Source of the DNA: Paraspadella gotoi
Taxonomy: Eukaryota; Animalia; Chaetognatha
Direction: 5' to 3'
Assembly: GCA_051294375.1 (NCBI GenBank)
Contig: CM119269.1
Span: 10,708,883 to 10,772,882, forward strand
DNA: 64,000 nucleotides
Below are positions 25,343-39,055 of the stretch, one piece after another (positions within the stretch are counted from its first letter, which is position 1; each line of letters begins with the position of its first letter). The notes beneath the pieces are model-generated. The model saw only the letters and a program-made list of their open reading frames with translations. It made no database searches and was not told the origin of the DNA. The position numbers were made by a program, and so were the translations under genes.

Positions 25343-25994
25343 TCACGTCGTACGTAGTAATGAGGGCGCGCGATCGTAATCGGATTTGAGGAATTTAGAG
25401 AATCGTCGTCGTCGTCGTCGTTTTCACTCAAGATTGAAGCGTCATCGTTGTCGTCGTCTTTACTTCCGGTGAATTTGACTTCACAATCAACATCATCATT
25501 ATCACCGTCGTCGTCGTCGTCGTCTTCGCTGTCGAGTTTTCTTCGTCTATTCTTCGTTGATCCACGGCGTCAGTCGACGTCTTTGTTGTCTCCATCCCTG
25601 TCAACATCATATTTCAAAGGACTTTGAATTTTCTTCCTCGTTTGTGCCTCGTTTCTGAAACGGGAGAACCGGCTTCCCGCCGTCCCAGCCCGCCGGTCCG
25701 CCGCCCCCGCGCTATCTCATCCCGCCTAATCCCGTCCATTCCCGTCCCGTCCCGTCTCGTCCCGTCTAAATCTATTTTTCCTCGAATTTCCAAAACCAAA
25801 TTTAACGGTTTTCCATTTCCCGACTTAAGTCGTCTTCAATTTGCGCTCGCTTCTCCTCTCGGCCGTCCTCACTTTTACTTACCTCTTTCTTTTTCCTTTC
25901 ACGCACCAAGTCCTCAGCCACCTCACCCACCGCTCGTTTCGCTAATCTCTCTCTCTCCCTCTTCCCGTCAGATATTATTCATCCTTTTCGTAAA

Positions 25995-26030
<36 letters not shown>

Positions 26031-28024
26031 GCATATGTCACAGTTACTCACATTTCTTTTAGAGGTTATAAATAATAAATACAAATATAATAAAAATAAC
26101 TAAAAGAAAAACATTTAAAATGTACAAGCTCAGTCTCTTTCTTACTTATTAGTTTACTAAATCTTTCACATATATTTGATATTGGTGTCAAGAAAAGATT
26201 TATAATTTTTAAGCTCATCTGATATTTTCTTGTTTTTCAATCGCCGGTCAAAGTTTTTTTTTTTTTTGTCAATCTCAGTTATCATGGTCATCATGATTTC
26301 TAAACTATGCCATTAAATGGTTACCGCCTTTCGAAGCAATCATTTCTGCCATAATCGCAGTTGGTGCCATTTTAAATGGTTTTGTCTTCCCAGACTCGTC
26401 GTCGTCGTCGTCGTCGTCGTCGGCGCCATCAAATGGTTACGTCCTTCCCGACTCACGGCCGGATTTTCCTTCGCAGAACACTTTTATTCAATTATCGATT
26501 TTTTCCCTCCGAGGGCGGGAGGGGGACCAGTGGGGCAAGGGGGATAAGGAGAGATAGTGGAAGGTCGAAGGGGGGGGGGACAAAGAGGACGAGGGAAAAA
26601 GTTGGCTGGATTTAAGCGAACCAAAAAGAGAGGTAGAAAGAGGAAAAAATTATATGAGAAGATATGGAAGAAAGAAGAAGAAAAAAAAAAAGAAAATAAA
26701 AAAGGGGAAAATAGGAAATCGGGAAAACTGGATGGACGAGGAAATCGAGAGGTCAGTGAGTGGAGGACGAATAGGAAGAGAACATTGAAGACGAGAAGAG
26801 AGAAATGAGTAGATGAGACGAGAGGATGAGATGAGAGGTTGAAGAAGATGAGGATAAATGTGCAAAAGGGATGAGTAGATGAGATGAGTGGATAGATGAG
26901 AGGTTGAAGATGATGAGAACGAATGTGTAGAAGTGCGTAAAATGAAGAAATGGGAGGTAAAGTATAGAGACTAGAGAGTATAGAGGAGGGGACGTCTCTT
27001 AAAAATAGAAACCGATAAATCTTATTTTTTAAAGCAAAGCAGCCATTCTGCTATTTTTCCACCGAATGGCCGCGGATTCCATTACGACTTCATCTTTCCC
27101 ACTGGAAACAATAAAGAGGCGGGATGCAAAACAAAAAAAAAAAAAAGCGAGAAAGATAAGGAGGAAGATAAAAATACGAGACGGGGAAAAGAATCGAAAA
27201 CGAAACGATATAAAACAGCGATGATCGACGATCGAATGTCGGAACGAGGGATGTAATTCGGTTGTAAAGCAACAGGGATGTAATTCGATTTACGTTAAAA
27301 CGTGAGAGCCTTATAGGAGGAAAGTGATGGCTATCAAAGGGGCTGTCCTGGTTGCTGTCACATGCAATAAAATGACGGAAAAACCTGGTCCGATAAACCG
27401 TCAAGTATCTGGTTTGGGCCTAATTCAATAACTGGAAACTAAAGCCCTTGACAAACATAGTTTACTAGTTTTTAAACATAAAATTCGTGAACGATGAAAA
27501 GAAACCGAATTTGTTGATATGTAAGTATTTTTTCGCCAATTTATGACCATGACGAAAACAAAAATTATATTGACGTCTATGACTAGCATTAGCCGCCCAA
27601 ATTTTCATTTTAATGGGAACAGCATTTTTAACACATCCATTATTGGTATGCATTATTGAGTGAAATTTTTTTTTAAATGTCACGAACCATGAGTAATTCG
27701 CTAATTTAAATTATTGCTATATAGTTTTAATTTTTTTTATGTTTTATTTTTTTAATAGATTCTGATAGAGCTAAAAAAATTACACAAAAATGTAATTACA
27801 ACAAATTTTGATGTTTTATTGCCGAAAATTAACAAAAACTTTTAAAATCATCTTAAGATAATGATGATGATGATGATGATTTTTTAAAGGTTTTTATCAA
27901 TTTTGACCCACTTATCGTAAAAATATTGAAAAAAGAATTATACATTGTATAAACAACTTTTTATAAGCAATTTAAACCGGCTTTTAAAAATGCAAAATTT
28001 TAAAAAAAATTGACATTTTCTATT

Positions 28025-28142
28025 TATGATATTGGTACAACCAATATAAAAATTATCCATTCATTTAATAAATAAGCTATCTTGCCCCTGACTTTGGACA
28101 GGCTTTGGTGGTTTAAGGCCTCCATCACTCTTACAAGATAAT
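28025..28142 (-). mobile_element. Short inverted copy of the same repeat's 3' end
   Basis: Reverse complement is almost identical to the last ~118 bp of the 42.7-43.0 kb copy. Confidence 0.75.
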
Positions 28143-29294
28143 TATAAATTTCATTTCGGAAAGTTTCCCAAAGCAAACTTCTGACCCACACCCCATTGAC
28201 ATAGATCGGCCCTACTACGACGACGACTGCAAAAACCGCGACGGAGCAGTTTTCCTTAAAAAATTCCGTCAAAAAAATCCTCCACCCGCAACCAACTCGG
28301 TCGCCCGCGGAGGACTTTTCGACTCTCTCTCGGGCGCGCCCTTGAGCAGGGATATTCCTCGCTGATTGACGCTCCCGCTCGACCAGGGGGTTAAACGAAA
28401 ACAACGGAGGGAGATGAAAACAACAAACGTAAACAAGAGACGCCGGGGGGGGGGGGTTCGCGAGTCGTCCACCGCCTGGTACTACCCCTTGAATTACCCC
28501 CTTCAGCGACTCACAACCCCCCCTTGACGTCGCGGGTCAAAGAGTCAAACTCGTTCCTTTTCGCTTTTCCTCTTTTCAAGACGAAATAGATTTTCTTTTT
28601 CCTCAGTTGTTTTATTTTTTTTTTCGTTTAAATTGAAAAATAATTTTTTTACTACCCTGAATGGAAAACTGTGGCTAGAAATAGATAATTTTAATATTTT
28701 TTTTATTGTTCATTACAACTCTAAACGGGAGAGACGGTATTTAAATTTTCTTTTTTTTTTCTAGACTTTTCACGCGAAAAAGAAATTAAAAAAACAAATG
28801 TTTCTCTGTTCAACTTTAAATTACAAAAAAAAATCCGAGATTTGAATTTCTCGTTAGTCGTAATGATTCACGGCGATACCCTAATTTATGGGACAGGATC
28901 AAAAACGACTAGAGTTTCGACAAAAACAACAATCGCTCGGAAAATGGAAGGACTAATACATTTTTTAAACAAATTTGCCGGTTATCGACAAAGCAAAGCT
29001 CATAGATTTGCTTGGATTAGCTCGTAGATTTGCTTGGTTTATCTCGGAGATTAGATTGGAGATTAGTTTTCTTCGCTCCAATTCGAGTATTGGGTAGCCA
29101 AGTATCAAGTTACAAGTAGCGATAATTAACAAACTTTTTTTGAACGCTTAAAACGGCGTTTGTTTTTGCTTCATTAAAAAAAAAATTTTGCGCTCTAAGC
29201 CGCAAAGGCAAAATTAAGCAAGATATCAGATTTCGTTAATTGCTGGTTTTTAGAGGAAAATTGCCCAAGACTGAGCGGCTCCTGTTGAAACACC

Positions 29295-29328
<34 letters not shown>

Positions 29329-29649
29329 TTCTTTGAACAAAAAAATAAAACGTAGCTCATCGTGAGATTTTGAGGCTCGTGAATATTTGCGAATCTCTTT
29401 GAAAAGGACGCAACGACCTTCGAAGGAGGAACCCATTATTCCCGAACGATGACCCGTAAATGATGCTCCATCCGACTTTGTAGTCCCTTCCTCTCCCTCT
29501 CTGTCTCTCGCTTTCCCTCTTGCTCCCTTCACAACGACAACAGCTCACTTCTCCCCTCTCCTATTTCCCTCTACTACTAGCCCAATATTTCACCATCACG
29601 TTTTAAACTTACCCCCTATTTTTTTCCTTCCTATCCTTACTCAACGCAG

Positions 29650-30604
29650 GAACCCATCCATCCTTCGACGAAAGTCGACACCCCCGCCCGACAGAACCAC
29701 ACCTTCCTTGCCTCACCCAATTCATCTCCGTCTCTCGAGCGTCAACTCAAGGCTAAACCTTCACCCGACGGTCTGTACATCCGGCCGGTTCGCGCCCCCG
29801 TCCACCGCCGAATCAACACGTTCCTCTTTTGAATACGTGACTTACCTTTCGGAAGGGGGGCATGAGTTTACCAATCAGCTTGTAAACTGAAATTAAATTT
29901 CGTTTTGGACGCTAGTTAGATATATTTTTATTCAAAAAGTATCAACTTTACAGATCGAAAATAAACTGGAAATTCAATTTTAAAATTGACTGCAATTAAT
30001 TCGACAATAAATTATCGCCGAGTAGTTTTCTAAAACTCTTGCCACTTTGTAGTACTTTATTTAAACATTCCCTTCCTGACTTCACAGTAACCCTACGAAA
30101 ACTTTCACGACTACTTCACCCACGCGAATGAATAAAGAAGAAAGTTGTTTTTTTTTATAAAGAAAAAAAAGGAAGTAGTTTTCTTCAAAAAAAATTACAG
30201 TTAAAAAAAATTCTCTAAAAACGTATATATCTTTCCTTAGATGTTAAGCATTAACAGAGAAGCGTTTTTTTCGTATTTTACGTATTTCAAGCGACAAGAA
30301 TATCAAAGATATCATATACGTAGTACTATAATAACGATGAAAAGAAACCTTAAGTGCCTATTAAATATTTAATTCTCCAAAAAGTGGCTAGAAACAAAAA
30401 GCGCCTATCGAAAGTGCATTTAGATGGAACTAAAGAGGTTTCGCCTTTACCGTCGTCATGGAGATATCATCCTTTAAAACCGTTTTAATGGCGCGCATCA
30501 AAAAGGATCGGGTCTCCAAACCAGTAAAGGATTGTCTCCATTCGAGACATTCCTCGTAGCGGCAGAGAGAAAGAGAGAGAGAGAGAGAAGAGAGAAGAGG
30601 AGAG

Positions 30605-30652
<48 letters not shown>

Positions 30653-33600
30653 CCTTTCGAAGAGAGAGTATGATTTTTCATCTGTCTCCGAAGTCGGTGG
30701 GAAAATTGATGAGTTGCGTGAACTTTATGCGGCGCCTCTCTCTCACTCTCGCTCTAGCTCTCACTCTCGCTCTCGCTCTCGCTCTCGCTCTCACTCTCGC
30801 CTCTGGTCGGGAACAACGAAATGGATTCGGGCTCCTGAGGGAACGCCCACTTCCTCACTTCCTCACTTCCCTTTTTTGCCCCCCTTGTTTCCTTTCCTTT
30901 TCCTCGCTTCCTCTGGCTCTAGTATCTTCCTTATTCTGATTTTTTTTCTCCAGTTTTACTCGAATCAATTTTTTTTTAAAAAAGGTTTTCTTCTTTTTTT
31001 TTCATTTTCTACCTTTCATCCGTTTCTTAAGTCCTTTGTCCTATTTTTCTTTTTACCAGCTCACCCGTCCTTCATTTCCCTCTCTCTTCTCTTTTCCTTT
31101 TTCTCCGCCCCCCCCCCGTTCCCCCCTATTTTTCCCCGGAGGAAAGACCCGTTTACATCCCCAAATGAAATTAGACGCCGGGGGAAACTAGAAGGGGGAG
31201 GGGAGAGAACGAATTGAAAAAAAGAAGAAAGGAGAATGAGGAAAGGAAAATATAATGGAAAAAGAGGGTTGGGAGAAAAAGGGAGACCAAATGAGAAAAA
31301 AAAAGGATTAGGAAAATGAGAAATGTGAGAAAGAGAAAAAAAAAAAGAAAAGGAGGGAGGGGAAAAGAATTTTACTGAAATGATTTCTGAGAAAATTATT
31401 GAAAGAAAAAAATAAATTTTTTGTGGTCAAAAGGGTTGTGAGACTCTTTTTTTTTTAATTGTGTTTGAAATAACTTTGAATAATTGGAAAAAATTGCTTA
31501 AGCGAATGAATAAAAAAAAAATATTGAACGAAATATTGAACTTTTTTTTTAAAGTACGTATAATCGTGCATAAACACTTCCTTATACTTTGCAAAACCAA
31601 AACCAAAAAGAAACTTTTAGATCATTTAAAATTGATACAAGATATTTGGATACTAGAATGGTCGTAGTTTTCAAAGAAGAGTTGGTTTCTAGACTGCTAT
31701 CAAAATTTACAAAATTACTTGTTTTACTATTTTCTATCTTTATATTTTAAAAAGATTTTACTATTTAATCTATCTTAATTAATTATATATATATTACTTT
31801 TTAAAAAAAATTGAAAAATCATTATGGTTAGAGCACAATCTGTCCTAGTTTTCTAATAGATATCATACATCATTTCTGTTAGAAAGTCATTAATGAGAAT
31901 TCATTATATCTGAGAGGCTTAACAGATAGGGGTGGGAATGGATATTTTTTGAGGGGGGACCGAAGTTATATGATTTTTTTATATATATATTTCTCGATGA
32001 GGATTTATCACTTTATAAACCAGAACAATGCCTCACGGGGCTGGGCATCTTGGTTTAACTTTAAGATGGCTTAAATAAAAGTGCCGAATAGAGAGGCGGC
32101 CGTGTCTCGGCAAAGTCAAAAGGTAATTTTCCTCAAGAGAATTGGCTCAAAATAAGTTGATAAAGGAGATAAGACCCAATGCATTTTAGGATTTTAAAGT
32201 GGCCATGTTCTCTTGTTAACAGCTTTGGTATTTAGTTCTTAGAAATATACATACAGTATTCCTATATTTCATCTTAATCTTCTCTTTAACAACAACTATA
32301 TTATCCTTTCGTTTTCTCTTCTCAGAGTCAAAAGACTTCCTCCAACGCCATTCTACTGGAGCCTCGAACGAAGACTTCACTTCACTTCCGACGGTGAAAC
32401 GAAATTCCGATCTCGTTCCCTCGACGTCGAAAAAAAAAAGGGCGTCGACCGAGAACGCGTTTTACGATCGCCTCAAGATTGCTCGCGATCGTAACGCGCG
32501 TTCCGAGGGATGGAACCTCGATGAAAAGCTTCCGCCTTCTAAACCTCGTGGTTCGAATTCGAAAAAAGATGTCGAGATAAGGGATGGATGAGGGCATTGT
32601 CACGGCTAAAAAAGCCGTGCAGTGGGCAACGCAACTCTATTGCAGATGGAAAATGAGAAAATAAATGAAAATAACTCGAGTAAGTAACAAAAGAGACTAG
32701 TAAAATCAAATATTGCCCTAGTATTTACGATGTGTGTATTTTTCTAATCTAAAGAGTGTCGACTGTTGATGTCGACTCACCCACGAGGGTAATAAAAAAT
32801 AATATTAAATCTTAACCATCCTCATAAAGCGCGCGTGATTAGAAAAAGCGTGAAAATCTCGTCTCGAGCGAGAATCGATTCAATTTAAACGTCGTTTTTT
32901 TGAAAATGATTCCAAATCCTTTAAGACCTGCTTAGTTTCTTTGTTTTGTTTTTTTAGTTTTTTTTATTTAGTAACGGTAACAAATTATTCAATAGTAACT
33001 CGAAAATCCTTTTCTTATTTTACAAAAAAACTGACTTTAATCGGAATAGGAAAAAACTAACCCGTCCTCGACCCTCAAGAACGCAGTCAGCTATCTTTCT
33101 TTTCTGGCCTTTTTTTTCTTTTCTCTCTTTTTACCTCTTTATGTTTTTTTTTCTCCCTCAAAACCATAAAAAACTTCTCGCAAAAAAAAAACAAACGACA
33201 ACGACAGATTTTTAAAACAAAGGACTACGAGACTTTACTCTCGCCCCCCTCCACACTCCGGTCTATGAGGCGCAGCAGGAAAAAGAGGAGAAAAGCCGTA
33301 AACTTTTATTGTTTTCCACTGGAATTTTGTCGTTGGAATTTTTTATTTATATCTTTTTCTCTCTTTCTCTCTATCAGAACGAGTTTAAAGAACTTCAAAA
33401 TTTTATTTGAGGAGAGAAGGGTAAGGGTAAGGTAAGGTTCGAGCGAAGAGGAATTCGGGAATCTGGGGGGGGGGAAGATCTCCAACGAAAAAGAGAGGTC
33501 ACGGGTTCAAGGATTTAAAAGTGGGTTCGGGAATCGATATTGGAAAGGAATTTGAATGGAAGGAAATACTGAATGAGAAAGGGATCGAGGCAATGGATGA

Positions 33601-34208
33601 AATGCAGTGGGAAAAAGGCTTTCAAAGATTCGAGTTAAATATGGCCGAAGCTTTTGTTCGAAATACTTAAAGATAAAAAACCGTTTTTTTTTGTGTCTAC
33701 TTTGAAGAGAAAGTCGAAAAAACGGTTGGCCGATTGTTGGCGGAGACTCAAAAGCAAAATTGGAATGTCATTTAAACTGAAAGGCATCGGATGTTGAGGG
33801 AAGGAGGCGTTGTGACAGAAGAGGAATTGGTTGCCTGAGTGGAGTGTGAGTGTGAAGGTGACTTGTCGCAAATGGTAATGTGATAAAATAAATGCTCGTT
33901 ATTGATTTTGCGTGGAAAAGTCAAAAATATTTTTCTTAACTTATCGTTCGTGTTGAACTTTCTATTTCTGACGTTCGCCTCAAAAGCATTTATTTTTCTA
34001 GTTCTAAAATCTGTTTCGTCTTCTATCGTGTTGTGCAAAGCCGATTTCGTTTCTTTATCCTCAACTACTTTGTCGAGTTGTGAGTAATTAAAACTTAGGC
34101 TTTGTTCTCCCACCCTTGACCTTTAGTTTTAACTAGCAAGAAACGAACGAGTTAATTTTCGAAAGTGCTAAATTGTACTGAGTCGGAGTGGAGTGAAGAA
34201 TGTACGGA

Positions 34209-34247
<39 letters not shown>

Positions 34248-34364
34248 CGCATCTCTTGGAAAGCATTGACTCTATCATCTTAGTTTGCCCGGTTTAGATG
34301 CCGAGGTCAAGTTTGAAGAAGCTTTTTTTCTTTTTCGCTTTTTCCTTTTTTCCCCTCTTTTTTA

Positions 34365-34451
<87 letters not shown>

Positions 34452-37400
34452 TCCTTCTGTCTGACTTTCTTTCCTTCTCTTTCACTTTCTCCTAAGTCTT
34501 CATCCCCTTTTCAAGGTCTCGATTTGATCCTCCCAATTTTCACTTTTTTTTTCCTGTCCCTCCTTTTTTCTATTTCTTCCCTTTCCTAAAGGAAAGAACC
34601 TCCTTTTCACAAAGATGTTCGCTAAAATTTCCTCTCCTTTTTTGTTCACTCATCCGTTTTTCTCTCTTTTTATATCTTTCAAATTTTGCCACTATCCTAT
34701 CTAATATTTTGATCTTATATCGGTATTTTTTTCTCTTTCCACGTCCCAAGGTTCCTTATTTCACACTCTCCTTTTATTTTTATCTTCCCATCTTCCCATC
34801 TCTTCTACCTTTTCAACTTCCATTCCTCATTCCCCCTATTCTGCCTTCGCTTAACACCTGCCCTTCCTCTTTACATCTCCTTACGTTCTCCCTTTATTCC
34901 TTCCCTATCCCTATCTTCCCCATCCGATCAATTCGCTTTGCCTTTCCTGCTTTCCCAATTCCTCTCTTAATTTTTTTCCCCTTTCTCATTTCTTCCCCTT
35001 CCTTTCCATCTTTCCTTTATTCTTCCCCTTCCATATCCTCCTTCTCATCTTCTCTTTCTCTTTCCCCCTTCCTTTCCCCTTCCTTTCCACCTTCCCTTTC
35101 CACCTTCCCCCTTCCCACCTTCCCCTTTTCCCCCCAGTCCGACCCTTCCGCCTTCGGAACCCAAAGGTTTTTCCCTGTCTCATCGATTCTCTTTCGTCGC
35201 CGCGAAAGAGATTCCTACCAAATTGCCTTTTTTCCGCACCACTTCGCCTCGACTTTTCGCGCCTGGAGTGGAAAAAGGAAAACAAGAGAATAAGGAATTA
35301 AGGGGGGAAAGAAAAGAGAAAAAAAAATTAAAAAAATATAAACGCAGGGTCCAGGAGAGAAAGAGGGAAAATAATGGAATGAGGATAGAAAGTGAAATGA
35401 AAAAGATCAGTTAATAAAACAAGAACAGTAATTCAAATGTGTTGCGCCGCAGTGACTGCCTTATGACATGACATGACGTGACATGACATGACATGACTAC
35501 ATGACGACAATAACTTTCATAGGCCGTGTATTTATGACACACACTGCATCGGAAATCCTCTGTTATTAGTTTTATGATTTCCTGAAGGCGGCACTAGCAG
35601 TCTATTATATTTGTAGTTTTTTCCTGTTTTAACAAATGAGCAACCAACTATATGCAAGTTATGAGCATTTTTAACGTAAGTGGGACAGACCGACGGAGAG
35701 ACAGACATACCGACCGACAAACCGACCGACAGACCAATGGAATAGTGACTTATAGAGTTGCTCCGCGAGTACTCGCGGCGCAACTAAAAAAAGAAAAGAA
35801 AATAAAGATAGAAACGAATGGTAAAAAAAATAGGGCTTAAACATAAATGAGTTATTTCAATAAACAGAATGAATACAAGGAAAGGAAAAAAAAAGAAAGT
35901 CAGCGAAATCGTTTCCCATATTGACGCCGTCGTTCTTGATTTTTGCTACTCAGCACAAAAAAAAGAGATACTAGTGATTCTCTTATCTCGTTCGCTCTCT
36001 CTCTCTCTCTCCGAGTCGCTCTTTGTATCTCTCTATCTCTTCCTCTTTCTCTTTTTCTTGCTTTCTATTCTAAGAACATTTAAGGTTGAAAGTCGCTTAT
36101 GTTTTTGGTAATGTGGTAATTGTTCAATAAACATTGTTCATACAAACAAAAATATGCGCTGAATGTTGTGCGTTTCATATCTTTGCTCGTGTTTAGACCA
36201 AGACGGTTTTGTTCGTCTCCTTTGTTCCCAGTTTTCCAACCTTTTAACACCTTGCCAGATAAATTTCTCTTTCTCTCTTTTTATTTCATCTCCCCTTTAT
36301 CTTTTTCACGCCTCTATCATTTTATTTATTCTCTAATATTTTTTGTTTTTATTTTTTCACAGTTTTTTATTCTTGTCTCGGAATTAAATTTTTTTTTCTC
36401 TGGCGGAATAAAATATTTATCAGAAGACACAGAGATTTTTTTCGACTTCAATAAAAAAAATAAATACTTCTTTTTTAGATATCATATTCTTTTTTTGGTT
36501 TGTTTTTTTTTTTTGTGTTTTTTTACTTTCTCACAACTTCTTTCTGTTCTCACCGTGGCACCGTGGGTGCATGAATGTTCTAAAAAAAATCAATAGAAAC
36601 TAACCTCGTTTTCATTTTCTCTCCTTCATCCCATTTTTTCCAGATAAAAATCTCAAAATTCCCCCACGGATCGCTTCTCGTCGTTAGCCTTTTGTTATCA
36701 GTCGACTACCCCAACAATTGTTTTCCCCCCAAATAAATATTTTATCGTTTCTACCCCCCCCCCAGTTCCCTTTTTCAATTCGAGAGCCTGTCAACATCGT
36801 AAACTTTTCTACAAATCAATTTTAGCAGCCTCGCGCGGGGATTTCGATCATAACCGTAATTCCCGCGGGCTTCCATCCGTTTCCACGCCCACCAACCGTT
36901 AGTTTCGAAAGACGTCATCCATATTTGGGAACCGCCATCGCCACCATCTCGGTTTTAGCATCGTTCTTTAAATTAGTCCATCTTTTCTCTGCTTCACCCT
37001 CTTCGTTTCCAGCCCGTGATCACCATATTTCTCCTCGGCCACCTTTTCCCACCCACCCCTCCACCAGCGCATCCATTCTGTCCGCCCTTCGAATCTCGCA
37101 AACTCTACAACCATTACGCCAGTTACGACCGATATATTTCCGTCCGCTCCATTTCCATCCTCGTTTCTACACCTAGCCTTGTCTCGCCGCCGNNNNNNNN
37201 NNCGCCGCCGCCGCCGCCGCCGATTCTCCTCTATGCTCGGTCTGCGGTCGTTAGGTCGCCAGCGTCGAAAATCGAAGTTTCTTCTCTGAGTGAGACGGAA
37301 ATGCCACTGGTCATATTCGAAAGCGGGGACACAAATGGTACGCGAATGACTCATTAATGGAACTATTCGTCCTCCTTAGAGATTGATGATAGGGACCGAA

Positions 37401-38979
37401 AAAACAACGACGACGAAAAGAAAATAAACCCAACGTACAGGACGGAGGCGATCTCAAATATCTCAGTCACAGCACTCCGGCTTTATTCGCTTCCTCCAAT
37501 GGCTCCGCTTATAAAACCTCTTACAACCATACTATCTAGGAAAAAAGTATATCACATAATTGTTGAAAAGTTCTTTTATTTAATAAAAAATTTACAATAC
37601 ATGTATAAAACATTCTTAATATTTAGTGTGCCTTCATTTGGCATAGATTATTGCCTGAATTTGTCTGGTCATGCTCTCATACAGCGAATTGAGGTATGAT
37701 TGAGGTATGTTTTATGGTGAAATGTTTTTCACACCTTTAATGCAATTTTTTTTAGCCCAGCTACTAATATTACGCATCTTTTGCTTTTTTGAAAGCTACT
37801 ATGGCACTTTTATGAACTAAATTTAAAAAAAAAAAGAAAACAAATAACTAATTTAATTTGAACTAATAACAAATGATTCAATACTAAAAATAGTAGAAAA
37901 CTAAATATAATTTTTTTCACTATTTTTTTACTTTAGGTAGCGATCTTTTTTTGCCTCTAACTTCTAAACAATTTGACCTACAAAAAAAATGGAAGGAAGC
38001 TACTAAAAAAAAATTTAATGAAGATTCTGAAACATTCTGATTTTTAAAAAAAATTGAACAGGTTTGCAAGTAGATATCCTCTACTAAAAATGTGATATAC
38101 TTTTTCCTAGATAGTATGGCAACCTGCGACCTGGAAATTGACACGGCCCCCATTACCTTCCGGTCTTTGACCATCGACGACGACCAACGTCTCGATTCGA
38201 TTCAAGCTGCTGCGTTTTACCGCCGAAGCTGCAGCAGCCGTACCGCAGCCCTTTCCTCGGCTCCCCACAGCCCTTCTTTCCGATGCCGCTAAAAGATTTA
38301 TTTTTGTTTCCTTCTATGTATAATCTGGAAAAAGAAATTTAGAAAGATATTTGAACCGGGGATCAAATTGCTTTGACAAAGAGAGAGAGAGAGGAGTGAA
38401 AATAAAAGGAATATTAAAATATTAAAATATTGATATTATTTCGTAAAGTTGAAAGGCGTCTCATGATTTCCGTTTAATTTTCTTTTATTCCTTATCTATT
38501 CCTCTCCTTCAGCTTTTTTTTCTCCTTATTTTTTCTAATCGTTTTGTATTTTTTTAAAGCAGTCCCCTTCTTTCTTCATCACAATTTTGAGAGAAAATTC
38601 TTGTTAATCAGTATCACACAAAAACATGAATTTAATTATTAACAGCGAATACGAGTTAAAGCAATTCGATGTCAATACGTCGTCATTTAAACGGTTAAAC
38701 TTAAAGGACTTAATTAATAAGCCGGGCCGACAAATGATTTATCTGCAAAACAAGACGTAGTACATTTTTTTATGACGTCCATTGACAGAACTTTGTCCTC
38801 CTCTACACCACCGATACACCATCCAGGGTACGAAAAGCGAAGTCAGATACCAGACGCCGAACGGGCGCTGTGGCCGCCTCCGATCCGACTCCCAATTTCC
38901 CGCCACCGCCATTTCATCCCACATTTGGATCCTAATTCGCTTTCGCTCGCTTTCGTCTGTCTGTCTGATCTGTCTGTCT

Positions 38980-39055
<76 letters not shown>

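Noticed and set aside
24951-25431. Long poly-Ser/Arg/Thr/Val ORFs, and poly-ER/SL/KERK ORFs throughout the track
   Set aside because: Translations of stop-free (GTC)n, (GA)n and (AAAG)n microsatellites or of N gaps.
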